Source: Callorhinchus milii
Taxonomy: Eukaryota
NCBI RefSeq assembly: GCF_018977255.1
Contig: NW_024704742.1
Location: 88,972,001 to 89,036,000 of the forward strand
Direction of reading: 5' to 3'
DNA: 64,000 nt
Positions 46,817 through 58,797 of the stretch are shown piece by piece; position 1 is the stretch's first letter; each line of letters opens with the position of its first letter. Made by a program: the position numbers and the translations under genes. The notes under the pieces were generated by a model. That model did not search any database. It was not told the origin of the DNA and saw nothing but the letters and a program-made list of their open reading frames with translations.

Positions 46817-48640
46817 CAACAACAAGGATTACATTTGTATAGCGCCTTTCATGTTGGGAGGACGTCCCAAGGCGCTGGACAGAGTACAGCATTTCAGACC
46901 CGAGCTGGGGTTGGGGGGAGAAGGGAGGGGAGGGGAAGGGGGGTGGCCGATGACATGGTTGAAGAGGAGGATCTTGAGGCAGTACTTGAAGGAGGCTAAG
47001 GAGAGGGTGAGGCGGAGTGACTGGGGGATGGAATTCCAGAGGTTGGGGGCAGAGTGGCTGAAGGGTCTCCCGCCAATAGTGGGCCGGGTGGGTTGGGAGA
47101 CATGGAACAGGCCAGAGCCAGCTAAGCGGTGGGATTGTGCGGGTTGGTAGGGGTTAGGAGGTCGCAGAGGTAGGGTGGGGTGAGGCCATGGAGGGCTTTG
47201 TATGTGAGGAGCAGGATCGTGAACTGGATCCTCTGAAGGATAGGGAGCCAATGGAGTCAGGTGAGAGTAGGGGAGATGGGGTCATGGAGTTTGGTGCGGG
47301 AGAGGACACGGGCTGCAGAGTTCTGGATTATCTGCAGCCTGTGGAGGGAGGAGTTGGGAAGTCCGACAAGCAGGGCATTTGCATAGTCGAGCCTGGAGGT
47401 GATGAAGGCATGAACAAGAGTTTGAGCGGCCTGAGGGGTGAGGTAGTGGCAGAGTCGGTCGACGTTACGGAGGTGAGGGAAGGCAGAGCGGGTCATGGCT
47501 TGAATGTGGGGAGAAAAGACAGTTGAGTGTTGAACAAGACACCGAGGTTACTGACTGGCTTGGTTAGTTGCAGTGTGCAACCATGGAGGTTGATGTTGCC
47601 AGAGCCTGAGGTGCTGAGGCGCTGGCGTGAGCCAATCAGGAGGGCCTCACTCTTGTTCACATTCAACTGTAGGAAATTTGCCTCATCCAGGACTTAATGT
47701 CTGACATGCTGCGTGGAAGCCGGATTGGAGGGCTTCATGAGGGAATGGCAAAAGAGGAACGGAGCTGGGATGATACGACTCTTTCCAGGACCTTGGAGAG
47801 GAATGGAAGATTAGAGATGGGACAGTAGCTGGAGAGGAGGGGTGGGTCCAGGGAAGGTTTTTTCAAGATTGGGGTGATAACGGCTGTTTTTAGGGGAGTG
47901 GGAATTGAACCAGTGGACAGGGAGAGGTTGATGACATTGGAAAGGAGAGGGGCCAGAAGGTGGAGCTGGGAGATGAGGAGAGAGGTTGGGATAGGGATTG
48001 AGGGAGCAGGTGGTGGGTTTGAGTTTGCGGACAGTCGTGGTGAGTGAGGAGGGAGAGATAGGGTCGAAAGACTATAGCGAGGAATGGGTGGGGGTGGGTC
48101 ATGAGGGAGAGATGATTTGGGGGTGGCTGTGGATGGGGCTGAGGTGGCTGAACATATCCCCTTGAGTTTAGATTTGAGGAAGTCCAGCATCTCCTCACAG
48201 TTGGAGTTTAAGGAGAGGATTGGCGAGGTATGGGAAGGTGGATGGAGGAGACGGTTTGTGGTGGAAAAGAGAAGCCTGGGGTTGTTCTTTGCCTCCAAGA
48301 TAGCCTTGGAGTAGAAGGAGGATTTGGCGGAAGCAAAAGCGCAGTGATAGGTCTTGGTGTGGTGAAGCCAAATCTGCCGATGGACCGTTAGTTTGGATTT
48401 GGTCCAGGCGCCTTTGACAGCTCGCACTTGTGCCTTGAGGGAACGGAGATGGCTGGTGTACCAGGGGATTCACGGGAGTATGAGGTATTTGGGAGGTGAG
48501 GAGGGCAAGGGAGTCCAGAATGGAGGAGAGGGAGTGTTGACTGTCATCAAACGTTGGAGAAACAAAAGGCAGAAAGGTGCCTGTTTACAGGATGGAATAA
48601 CAAAGGGGAGGGTGGTGATTGGAGCTGAGTCTGACAGCAA
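46817..48640 (-). mobile_element. Longest L2 copy (about 1.8 kb), RT core deleted at about 47708
   Basis: ORF 47735-48427(-): KTAVITPILKKPSLDP..YCPISNLPFLSKVLERVV; jumps from QSGF to SDIKSW; 3' ORFs 47257-47496 and 46829-47251; (caa)n tail. Confidence 0.95.
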
Positions 48641-48851
48641 TGGTAGTGGAAAGAAACAAGTCTAATGTATGTAATGGATATGAATGGAATGCAATTGAAC
48701 TGGAGGATCTGAAATAGTTCCTCCATCCAGTGATGGTTATGTCCATCACTGGATGGACATAATCAAATTGTGGACTAGTAATACAAGACTATCAGTAGAT
48801 AGTAAAGATCAGACTGATTCCAGTTATTGGATAAGTGTATCGTGGCGTCAG

Positions 48852-49250
48852 GTGGAGTCCTGTAACTTAGTGGTTAGAACACTCACTTCGCAAGCGAGAG
48901 GACCTGGGTTTGATTCCCGGCAGGGCAAAATGTTGGTTAAGTTTCCTCATTCCACACACTTCTGTTTATCTAGCAATAAGTAGGAACCCGATTGTTAGTC
49001 GATTGGCGGAAGTAGGAACCCGGTTGTTAGTTGATTCGCTTTTCCGGGGGTAATAATCCCTTCAAAAATAATAATACTAATTTGGCCACTCAATCCACGA
49101 GTGTTTGTGGGACACTGCTGTGCACAATTGGCTGCCGCATTTCGCCCACAGAATGTACAGCCAATTCACTTTACAGTATGTTTTGTGAAGTGATTTAAGA
49201 CGTCTTGAAGACCTGATAAGGCGCTCTTATCAAATGCAAGGATTATTATT
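48852..49250 (+). mobile_element. Full-length tRNA-Ala-headed SINE, long variant with internal tandem duplication
   Basis: gtggagtcctgtaacttagtggttaga...ttcgcaa (CGC loop)...; duplicated aagtaggaaccc..ttgttagt..gatt at 48978-49004 and 49010-49036. Confidence 0.9.
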
Positions 49251-52200
49251 TTTATCACAATTTGTGACACCATGCTTAGAAGTATCCGAACCACAATACT
49301 GAGGGCTCCACACATGTATAGACATTGCCCGTTAGTCTGGAATGGAAATGCATACTCTCTACCCGGATAGATGTACACTGCTAACCTAATCCAAGAAAGT
49401 ATTAGGCGTATGTGGCAAAAACTGGTGGTAACAAAAATTGTTGTGACCATAGCTAAACTATCTAAGCTACACCAATGACACATAAGGTCACAAGCATATG
49501 TCAAGAGCCATTGTAAGGCCAAGTACAGAGGTTCCAGGACTCCCATTTGTCCCAGTGCTCAACATTTGTCAGTAGTGCATTCATAAGTGGCTGGTACAGT
49601 ACACTTTAGTATTATTCAGAACCTATTTCAAGTTACAATTTTATGTAAATTAAAGTTTTGAACTGTGGCAAACTGTTTCCTAAAAGACCTTATCTAACCT
49701 CATTTATCTACCAGAATATGGACAGCCGCAGTCCAGTCAGCATTATCAGCGGATATTGATAGAATAATTGAGTTACAGGCTAGGCAAAGCACGGGAATGC
49801 ATCAAATTACTCTTAATTTCATTCCACACAGGAATTTTACATCTCAATCTATTTGACTATCACTTTTAGTTAGGCTTTGAGACAAAATTGTATTACAGTA
49901 TGCTGCAGTATAATTCAATAACATGCCCAAAGGGAAATGTCAAAGCTGCAATTGTAAGAGATAAGGCAGCTTTAAAACAGATCAGGGGTCTATCCTGCCT
50001 TACATTTCTAAACAAACCCACCCGTATAAACGTTAACACTTTCAAGACAGTAACCCCTATTGGCTTCAGTGATCGGTGCTGGGGTATTTGTGCTGTTTCT
50101 CTTTCTTAATCTGGTAATATTTCTATAAAGGGCCCACAATGGTTTACCTGCCTAATGACTACAACATTAGGCATGCTGTTGTAGTTTGCTGTAATGACTA
50201 CCTTCTGGAGTTTGAAAGATAAATACATCAGTGGCGCCCCTGTCACACCAAGCATCTTCTCTGGGAATAATACATCCAAATCCCTCTTCGCAAAACATTT
50301 CTCAGCTCAATTTGAGATTGCAGATTTACTATAAAGAGCGCAGTGGTCCAGTGTGGCACCAGGCACTGCTCAAGTCCAGTCACACAGCAATGCCAGGGTT
50401 GATTTTACGGTGTTTCTTATCGGGTGAAATAATAATCCTTGCATTTGATATGAAATGCAAGGATTACTATTATTAACAAATTGATAAAGGAATTAAATGA
50501 CTTACTAATACAATTGTAACTACTGCAACTACTCCGAATTCCTGCCTCCTCAGTGCAGAAATGAATTTGAGTTAGATATGCCTCTGTGTTGAAACAATGT
50601 CAAAATCTGCCATACACACAATATTTCTGAGACTGCAAGAACTATTCTGAATTTTCAACTTAGCAGGCACAGAGAGACTTCTTTCTCCTGAGAAAAGGGG
50701 TTGAACTGCAGTTAAGAGTGGAGTGCAGTCTAGGAGCTAATACAAGAGAGTTGGTTCAATTTTTAGTTGGTACATCTGTCCAGAATACCCATCACACAGG
50801 GAGGACAGCTTGACCATAAACACAAGGGTACATTGAGGCTTGGATGTGAACTAAGCACCTAACAGGAAAGGGAATAGGTGTCTTTATGTTTTGCATTTGA
50901 AAAACCCTTTTCTTTCACTGAGACTTTGATGACCACTCTCTTTTCTTGAATAGTTCCACCCTCGGATTGCCAAGCCAAGGCAGACCTCGCTGTGTGCAAA
51001 ACAACTGCTGCTTTGCCCAGAGGAACAAAAAGCAAAATATCACAAGTCAGTGCCTCCTTGCACCAAGCAAGCCACAACTCTTCAGGAATCTATTCAGTGT
51101 GTGCCTGTCATGTCTGTGTGTTCACATTTACAATTCTATCCCCTTACCCTGATATTCTCCTATTGTCCTTTTTTTTATGTACACATCCACCTTCAGGGAT
51201 GGACTGGCTCCAAAGCAATTCCAAAAGACCTTATGTTCTTGCACAGATGCAAAGGACTGGATGTTGCTGCACACAGAGTGCGGGGGGAAACAATAATCCG
51301 AGTCATAAAGAATGTGCAATAGTTTAACGCTCTGAGTTTTATTGTTGAATGTAATAGCTGGACTGTACTGACGGCATTTTAATGGACGGTTGCTCTAAGA
51401 AAGCATCTCCATTTCTTCCTGAACCATATTTTTTGTGATTCACGCTGCGCATTTTATCTTTTTAATCAATCCCTCGACTGCAACACGATTGACAATAAAA
51501 TAACCGCACGCACATCGCCTGCTTCAGCTGCATACTGTCAAAATGTGAATTTATGTTGCTGGAAACCTACAGTTTTTTTATTGTTAGACAGAAGAAACAT
51601 AAATATCTTGTGCCTGCGCAATTTTAAATAATATTATCTCTGTGTTTGATTCATTCTGAGGAAGAACAATTGGGTTAAGCAACGATTCTCTCAGTTTTAA
51701 AGGGCATGTGTTTTGTGAAGCAGCCTTCAGAGGTCAGCAACATGAAATCTCTCATGCTCTTGGGCTTAAAAGCCTTGTCTAACAGTTTGGATTGTCCAGA
51801 TTTTTGTAAAACAGTATTAAACTTAGTCATTTGATAGCCGAATTTCTGCACTCCTTTTTCAGTACTTCAGACATCAGTTTAACACAGGGCATTTTTTAAG
51901 GAATTGTCACTGGTGGGGACTGAACTCCAAGAAGCACTTTTATCCCACATCCAGAAACATTAATAACCAGTTACTACAGATGAAGCAACGCTTCAGGTAT
52001 TTGATAAGGACTCGCTACAGGTACGATAGTATCACTGCTTAAGCGGTGACCGCTTGGCAAATGCTGACAAAATCGCCAGTACCTTTATTATTATTATGGA
52101 AGGGTAATTTACTGGTGGGGAATTTTGAAATTATTGCTGGGGAATTCCTAGGGGCCGATGGGGATTTTCCCCACTACTATATATGCTATGCCCTGGTTTA

Positions 52201-52619
52201 ACATATCATCTGGAAGGCTGCAACTACAGCTATCCCTCAGTAGGAGTGTACGAGCAGGGCCAGCCTGGAGATCAAGTCCTATTGTCAATCTGGAATCCAT
52301 GACCCCTGATTCAGAAGTGAGAGTGCTAGCAACTGAGTCAAGTTGCGATCTATAGAGACAATACAGAGATCAGGCACTACATTGAGGGCCAGAGCATTGT
52401 CCATGCCACTCTAAGCTAACCCTTAATGCTCCATAATTTTTCCCCACACAAAATACATGTAAGCCTAAAGTTTCACAAAAGTTAATAGTAGCAATTGTGC
52501 AATAGTCCACCCATCTGGATTTCATTTGAAATAGAAATTTGTTTATTTGATTTTTTTTCGAATGCCCATAAAACATGGTCTGTGTTTAATGGTAAGTCAC
52601 AAAGTTTAATGCATTAAAG

Positions 52620-52880
52620 GCCTCAGCTCCCCTGGCCTGTCAGTTGATCAAGTTAGTTAAGAGGTGGAAAATCTCAAGTTCATTCCCAGGACTGTAGATT
52701 ATACAGTATTACAATTGGCCTTAGTGTCACTGGGCTAGGGAGGGGAGAACACCTAGGTGTTCTTGATGTATTAATTATCACTGGTGATAATTGTAACATT
52801 GTTGAGAAATATGGTTGACCAAGTGAGTCTATGGCCCTTTTTAGTATTTATAGTGGCTGAAGCCAGCCCACACCTGCCAT
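52620..52880 (+). mobile_element. Ancient SINE-like repeat (second copy on minus strand at about 58350-58625)
   Basis: tacaattggccttagtgtcactgggctagggaggggagaa and gtggctgaagccagcccacacc loosely align with the reverse complement of 58350-58520. Confidence 0.45.
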
Positions 52881-52979
52881 TGGATTTATAAAAAGTTAAT
52901 TAAGTGACATTCAACACAGAAACAGGCCATTCAGCACAGCTAGTTTGTGTCGGTGTCCTATGTCCCTCTCGCCCCATCT

Positions 52980-53097
52980 TTTTGCCCACAAAATACATAA
53001 TCAATTCACTTTACAGTATATTCTGTGAAGCACTTTGACATGTCTCAACAATGTGATAAGACGCTATATCAAACGCAATGATTATTATTATTATTGT
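52980..53097 (+). mobile_element. SINE 3' tail
   Basis: tcaattcactttacagtatattctgtgaagcactttg...(tta)n. Confidence 0.85.
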
Positions 53098-53374
53098 CGT
53101 TATTATCCCTCCTTCTATTTCCTTTTCCCTCCTGAATACATCTTAAACACGTTGATGAATTTGCCATGCGATGAATACTGGCTTAATTCAGCAAAAATAA
53201 ATCAATGTTAATTTTTGCTGAATATCCCGTTAGCTGTGGGATAGTGTGATGACAGCCATGGACCATCTTTGGGTAAATTTGTTGTGTTAAAGTTGGGAGA
53301 AGTCGCATCCACGAACAATGTCATCAACCAACCTTGTTAACTTCAGTTATCAACAATGTGATAATTAACAATAC

Positions 53375-53765
53375 TATAATACTTACATTTGTTACAGGAC
53401 CTTATGGCGTCATCGTGACATCTCAAAATGTTTCACAGAATTTTATTGCAAAGTGTAGTGACTGCAAACCTTGCAGCCAATTTGCACACAGCAACGTCCC
53501 ACAAACAGCCATGAAGTGAACGTCTAATCTATTTTATCTGGTGCTTCAGTGCAAGTGCTCCCCTAGCACAGCACTGCTATGGAGCATTAGCTTAGATTGT
53601 GAGGGTAGTGACGTGGGGGCTTGAATCAGCAACCTCTGACTCAGAGCCAAGAGTGCTAACAATTGAGCCAGCTGACACCTTCATCATCATCATACAATTG
53701 GCCTTGGTCTGACTCAGAGGCAAGAGTGCTACAAACTGAGCCAGCTGACACCTTCATCATCATCT
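53375..53765 (-). mobile_element. Deu-domain SINE with duplicated tRNA head
   Basis: ctgactcagag(c/g)caagagtgcta..tgagccagctgacaccttcatcatcatc occurs twice (53636-53691, 53709-53764). Confidence 0.8.
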
Positions 53766-55391
53766 GTGATAATTAGCACATCAAAAATCACAATTTTCAC
53801 CCTATGTATCATTTACCGTTTGATTACGTGATTTACGTGATTGTAAAGAAACAACTGTCTGTCTCGTAATCCTAGATATCTCTCCCCTTGCCATGAATTT
53901 TAGTTACTTATATAAAGCTCATCTGGGCAAACAGAAAACGATAAATGGAGCTGCCAATAAAATGCGTAATCTTATTTTGTCACTCGCTATTTCTCTTTAA
54001 GGTGACTGCTGACACTGAGTTACAATTTCAATACTGACTTTCGGTTGCATATAAAAAAGAGGTGAATTCAGCTCAGAGTTATACAATCTCCACGAAAGTT
54101 AAATAAAGTGCAAAAGTTTCACCCTATCAATCCTTCTGCTGACTGACCAAGGTGACATTTCATTAGCACATTTTGTCAATGAATAAATTCTACAGTGAGC
54201 TCAAAAGGGAAGGTGGAAAACATCTAGTCCTTTTTCATTAGCTCCATCCAAACTTGAACCACTGGAGATTACACACAAGAAGCACATGAGCCGGAAGAAG
54301 AGCCAGCCTGTCTATAAACTACATTAATCATTCATTCCCTCAAGAGTGCCTTAAGTCACTGCCACGTCTCTGCTCTGGCCAAAAATGGCTATTCAATTTT
54401 GAGCTGCATGACAGATACATTTCAAGGAAAATCACAGACATAACGACTGCTGCCATGGCTGATAAAGTCCTCATTCATCAATTAAGAAGTTTCCAGTAAG
54501 CTGAGATGGATATGGCAGAATAAGGCCGGCTTCATGTTACCACACAGGCGGTGGGTTTATTTTGCTGGAGGATAGCAGATTGCTCCTAGGTTCACCTTGA
54601 GCAATTGGGAAGCAGAACATGGAAATTGTACAGAGCCTCAGGAAGTTAGACGAGAGAAAGATAAATGTCATTAAGTGAGAATATGAGAAGCTTTTGCAAT
54701 TCCCCGGAGGTGAAGGGAAGACAAAGAGAGAAAAAATGACAAGTGATACTTTACAGCTCGCAATGTGTTGCTCACTTATTCAGGTGAAGAGGTTGAGTGT
54801 CGTAGAGAAGATTTAAAAAAAAGCTTTTATCCAGCCTGTACGAAGGCTGTGTTTGCCCAAGAGCTGATATTAATCTAATCGTATTACAAAGTGCTTAGCA
54901 GTCTTTGATCCATTAAATAATTAGCGTGTATTCCTTATGTGCATGCTTAATTCGCATGGTGTTGTGTACGTTTGTCACTTAACATTAGGCTGTGTAATAA
55001 TGTTGCAACTTTACAATTGATCATTCAAGGGGCAAATAAAGAAAGCATTCTTTCTGTATGACAATGTGGCATGTAGTTATTTTGATTCAGAGAATGTGAA
55101 TGACATTCTCGATGACATGACTTTAGTGGGGATATTTCTCATGTTCCTATGTGGTTATTAGGATCACTTTGAAACATGTTACTCACTACTGACTTCCATC
55201 CACTTTATTTAAATCATTGCTGATATGATAGGAGCGATGTGAGAAAGGTGATTTATATGTCACCAGAATTTTCCAGTTAACAGAGTTCATTATATTTCAC
55301 ACAGGGGTAAAAATTCTGTTCAGCATCACAACGCATCAACTTTGGCGATATCAGCCATTAAGTGGAATTCCCATTATACAGTACAACTTAA

Positions 55392-56070
55392 CAACATCAA
55401 CAGTAACAAAAATTACATTTATAGAGCGCCTTTCACATTGGGAGGACATCCCAAGGCGAAGGACAGTCAGGGGTCAGGACCCGAGCATGGGGAGGGGTGG
55501 GGTAGGGGTGAGGGAAGGCAGAGAGGTGGGAGGGTGACCAAAGGCACAATTGAAGAGAAGGGTCTTGAGACTGGCCTTGAAGGAGGGAAGGGAGGAAGCG
55601 AGGCGAAGGGACTGTGGGATGGAATTGAAGAGTGTGGGGACAGAGAGGCTGAAAGCTCAGCCACCGATGGTAGGGCAGGTCAGGCGGGAGACATGGAGAA
55701 GACCGGAGCCCGCTGAACGGAGGGAGCGGGCAGGTTAGTAGGGAGTCAGCAGTTCAGAGAGGTAGCAGCGGGCAAGGCCATGGATGGCCTTGAAAGTGAG
55801 GATAAGGATCTTGAATTCGATCCTCTGAGGGATGGGGAGCCAGTGGAGTCGGGCGAGGGTGGGAGTGATGGGGCCACTTTTGGATGATCTGCAGCTTGTG
55901 AAGGGAAGAGTTGGGAAGGCCGATGAGGAGGGAATTTCCATAATCTAGCCTGATGTGACGAATGCGTGGGTAAAGGTTTCGGCAGCCTGAGGGGTGAGGC
56001 AATGGCGGAGTCTGGCAATGTTACAGAGGTGCTGGTAGGCAGTGCCTGTCATGGCGAGGATGTGGGGGAG
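55392..56070 (-). mobile_element. L2 3' end
   Basis: ORF 55735-55941(-): PITPTLARLHWLPIPQRIEFKILILTFKAIHGLA; close to 13554-14040. Confidence 0.92.
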
Positions 56071-58008
56071 AATCGATTTACACTAATTTACATAAATTTA
56101 TGCTAATAAAGTGCCTTTCACGAAGGGAGGATATTTCAAATCAGTTGCAGGACCTCTAAGAGCGCTTAAATTATAGTTTGATGTTGTACTTAACAGTGAA
56201 CTTTAACCAGTTATGTTTTCAAACTTTTTAAAAATCATTTCTTGCGCTGGGAATAAATATTTATTGTATTTCACACAGGAGTAAAAGTTCGGTTCAGCAT
56301 CACAACACATCACCTTTGGCACTATCAGCCACTGAATGAAATTCCCATTATACAGTACAATTTAAAGAAATGGGCTGTTGTGTAAGCAAAGGTGCCAGCA
56401 TTCTTCAATTAATAGTGGGCAGCAATGAAAATAGTTCAGCGTGCTAGCTTACATATCAGTTCAAATAGAGGGTTTGTTCTGCTTACAGTAGGTATGAGCA
56501 AGCACCGCTTCAGCATGTTGCAGCAGACAGAACTTTGTTGTAGCCTTAATAATTTGGGGTGACTCACGAATTGTATTGTTAAAAATCAAATGTGATGGAA
56601 CACAGTTTGTGGGGCCCTGAGCAAATTTCAATTCAAATCCTTTTCATTCTGAAAGTATAATGTTAAAGGTCACTGCCAGTGCTTATGAACAAAGATGCTC
56701 ACTCTTTATTTGTGTTGGCCTGCAAGGCAGCCTGTCAATCACAGATGACAACATGCCACAATGATACTTTCCCCGCCTGTGTCTTGCACACACGATGCTG
56801 TCAAGGATGGGAATGATGGAGAAGCAGAGTAAGACTCCGCTAGAAACAGATTTTTGAGGGAGATATGATTATTGTTATTCATTTCTGTGCCATTTATTAA
56901 GTAGGATGTTCAGACACCCATTTCCAAATTCTGTGAAAAGTAACAAATTCTAATAGCGGCAATGTAAAGAATAAAGCTTCCCTGCACTCCTCTGCCCAAT
57001 CTGCCCCCCAAAATATCATTCATAAAATACACAATCTCTCCACTTTACAGTAAATCCTGTGAGGCCCCCCAAGACATCCTCCTGACGTGAAAGATGGTAC
57101 TTGCCATATCAAGTACCAGGATTATTACTATAATTAGAATATGTTACTTCAAGGCTCTTGTCAGAGAGGTAGGGAATTGCCAGGGCATGAATGGATTTGA
57201 AGACGAGTGTGAGGATCTTGAAATCGATCTGTTTGGCGATAAGACTCATTTACTGTGAAAGCATTTAGGATATTTCAACATTGTAGACACCACAAAATTG
57301 CAAGTTTTATTCATTCGTACTACTGTTCTTTGGTGTTATTTGGGCTATACAAAATATATATATATATTAGTGGTTATAAAAAAAGGAAATCAATTGCATG
57401 AAACAGCTCAGAAAGGCAAGAAATGCAACATTTTAAAGGTATTTAAAAATACCGTATCCTGCGAAAAGCAATGAATTCCCAGATAATGTGGTCAATGGCT
57501 TAATTAGAGGTACTGGAAATGGCATTCCACTTATTTCAGTGTCATGAAGTTTATCTGTTGGAAGGCCTGTTTTCTAACTGCTGCCATCCATTTACCACTG
57601 AGAATTGATAGGTCTCCTTCCTTTGATTGTCTGCAAATCATATTCCATGTGAGTCCAAGTGCTGTTTAACTTTATGCTGTCTCTAACCTGGCTTCAAGGA
57701 GATCCGCTCTGTCAGCCATGAGCTCAATATGGGGAGCAATCTGTGCACATGCCCACCTTTACTACTACGTGAATTATTTATACATATTTGAGTTTACTCA
57801 AGAAACAATATCAACCTTGGGAGATGTGATGAACATTTTCAAAATCAAACATAGGAGCATTAGACAATTCTTGTTTTTCCACATTCAACAAAAAGATATA
57901 AGTATCTTTTGATAAAACATTTCCAATGTTCTTTTGTCCTTTTATAGCTTTAACATTTTAATTTGTCCAATTATTTTTCTAATTTTTCTTTGCATTGGTA
58001 TATATAAG

Positions 58009-58250
58009 AACAACAACAAATTATATTTGGATAGCGGCGGTTGAGATCAGGAGGGGTGGAAGGCGGGGAGGGTAGGAGTAGAAGGATGATCGACGACTCG
58101 GTCGAAGAGGAGGGTCTTGAGATGAGTTTCGAAGGAACCAAGGAGTGGGGGGGGGGGGCGAGGCGGAGGGACTGTGGGATGGAGTTCCAGAGGGTGGGGA
58201 CAAAGAGGCTGAAGGCCCTCCTGCCAATGATGGGGTGGACAAGACGGTAG
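58009..58250 (-). mobile_element. L2 3' end, partly deleted tail
   Basis: caacaacaaattatatttggatagcg...gagggactgtgggatggagttccagaggg. Confidence 0.85.
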
Positions 58251-58649
58251 ACTTAAAATCCCTTCATGCTAGGATGCAATCTTAACCACTTCATACTAGG
58301 ATGATACCAGTTCCTCATCCTCAAGTTATTATGTGTTCATATATTTGCAGTGAGTGTTGGCTGGCCACTCGATCATAAAGGGTGTCACAGCCAAGCCTGA
58401 CCTCTCCTGACTTTGACACATTTGCATTACCAGTAGACGGTGCTCTCGAGGAATCCAAAGCAGGAACGTTGCTGTTCTTTTCCATCCCAAACCCTGTGAA
58501 GGCCTGGGTCAATTTAGTCTGCCCATATAACCCCACCGGAGACCAGCAAACTTAGCAGTGGATCTGAACTGGTGAGCTCCTGATCAATAAGTTCTATCTC
58601 TAATTCACTGCACCATCAGGGCTGCCTATTAATATAAGGGATGCTGTAT

Positions 58650-58797
58650 TGCACTGTTTGTGGGATACGTTGTGCGCAATTGGCTGCCACATTTTGCCCA
58701 CAAAACAGACAATTCACTTTACAGTATATTCTGTGAAGCACTTTGATATGTTTTAACAACATGTTGAGGCCCTATATCAAATGCAAGGATTATTATT
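58650..58797 (+). mobile_element. SINE 3' half
   Basis: ctgtttgtggga...gtgcgcaattggctgcc...atcaaatgcaaggattatta. Confidence 0.85.

Noticed and set aside
47735..48427. 230-aa ORF
   Set aside because: Pre-RT region of a dead L2 with frameshifted segments and a deleted RT core.
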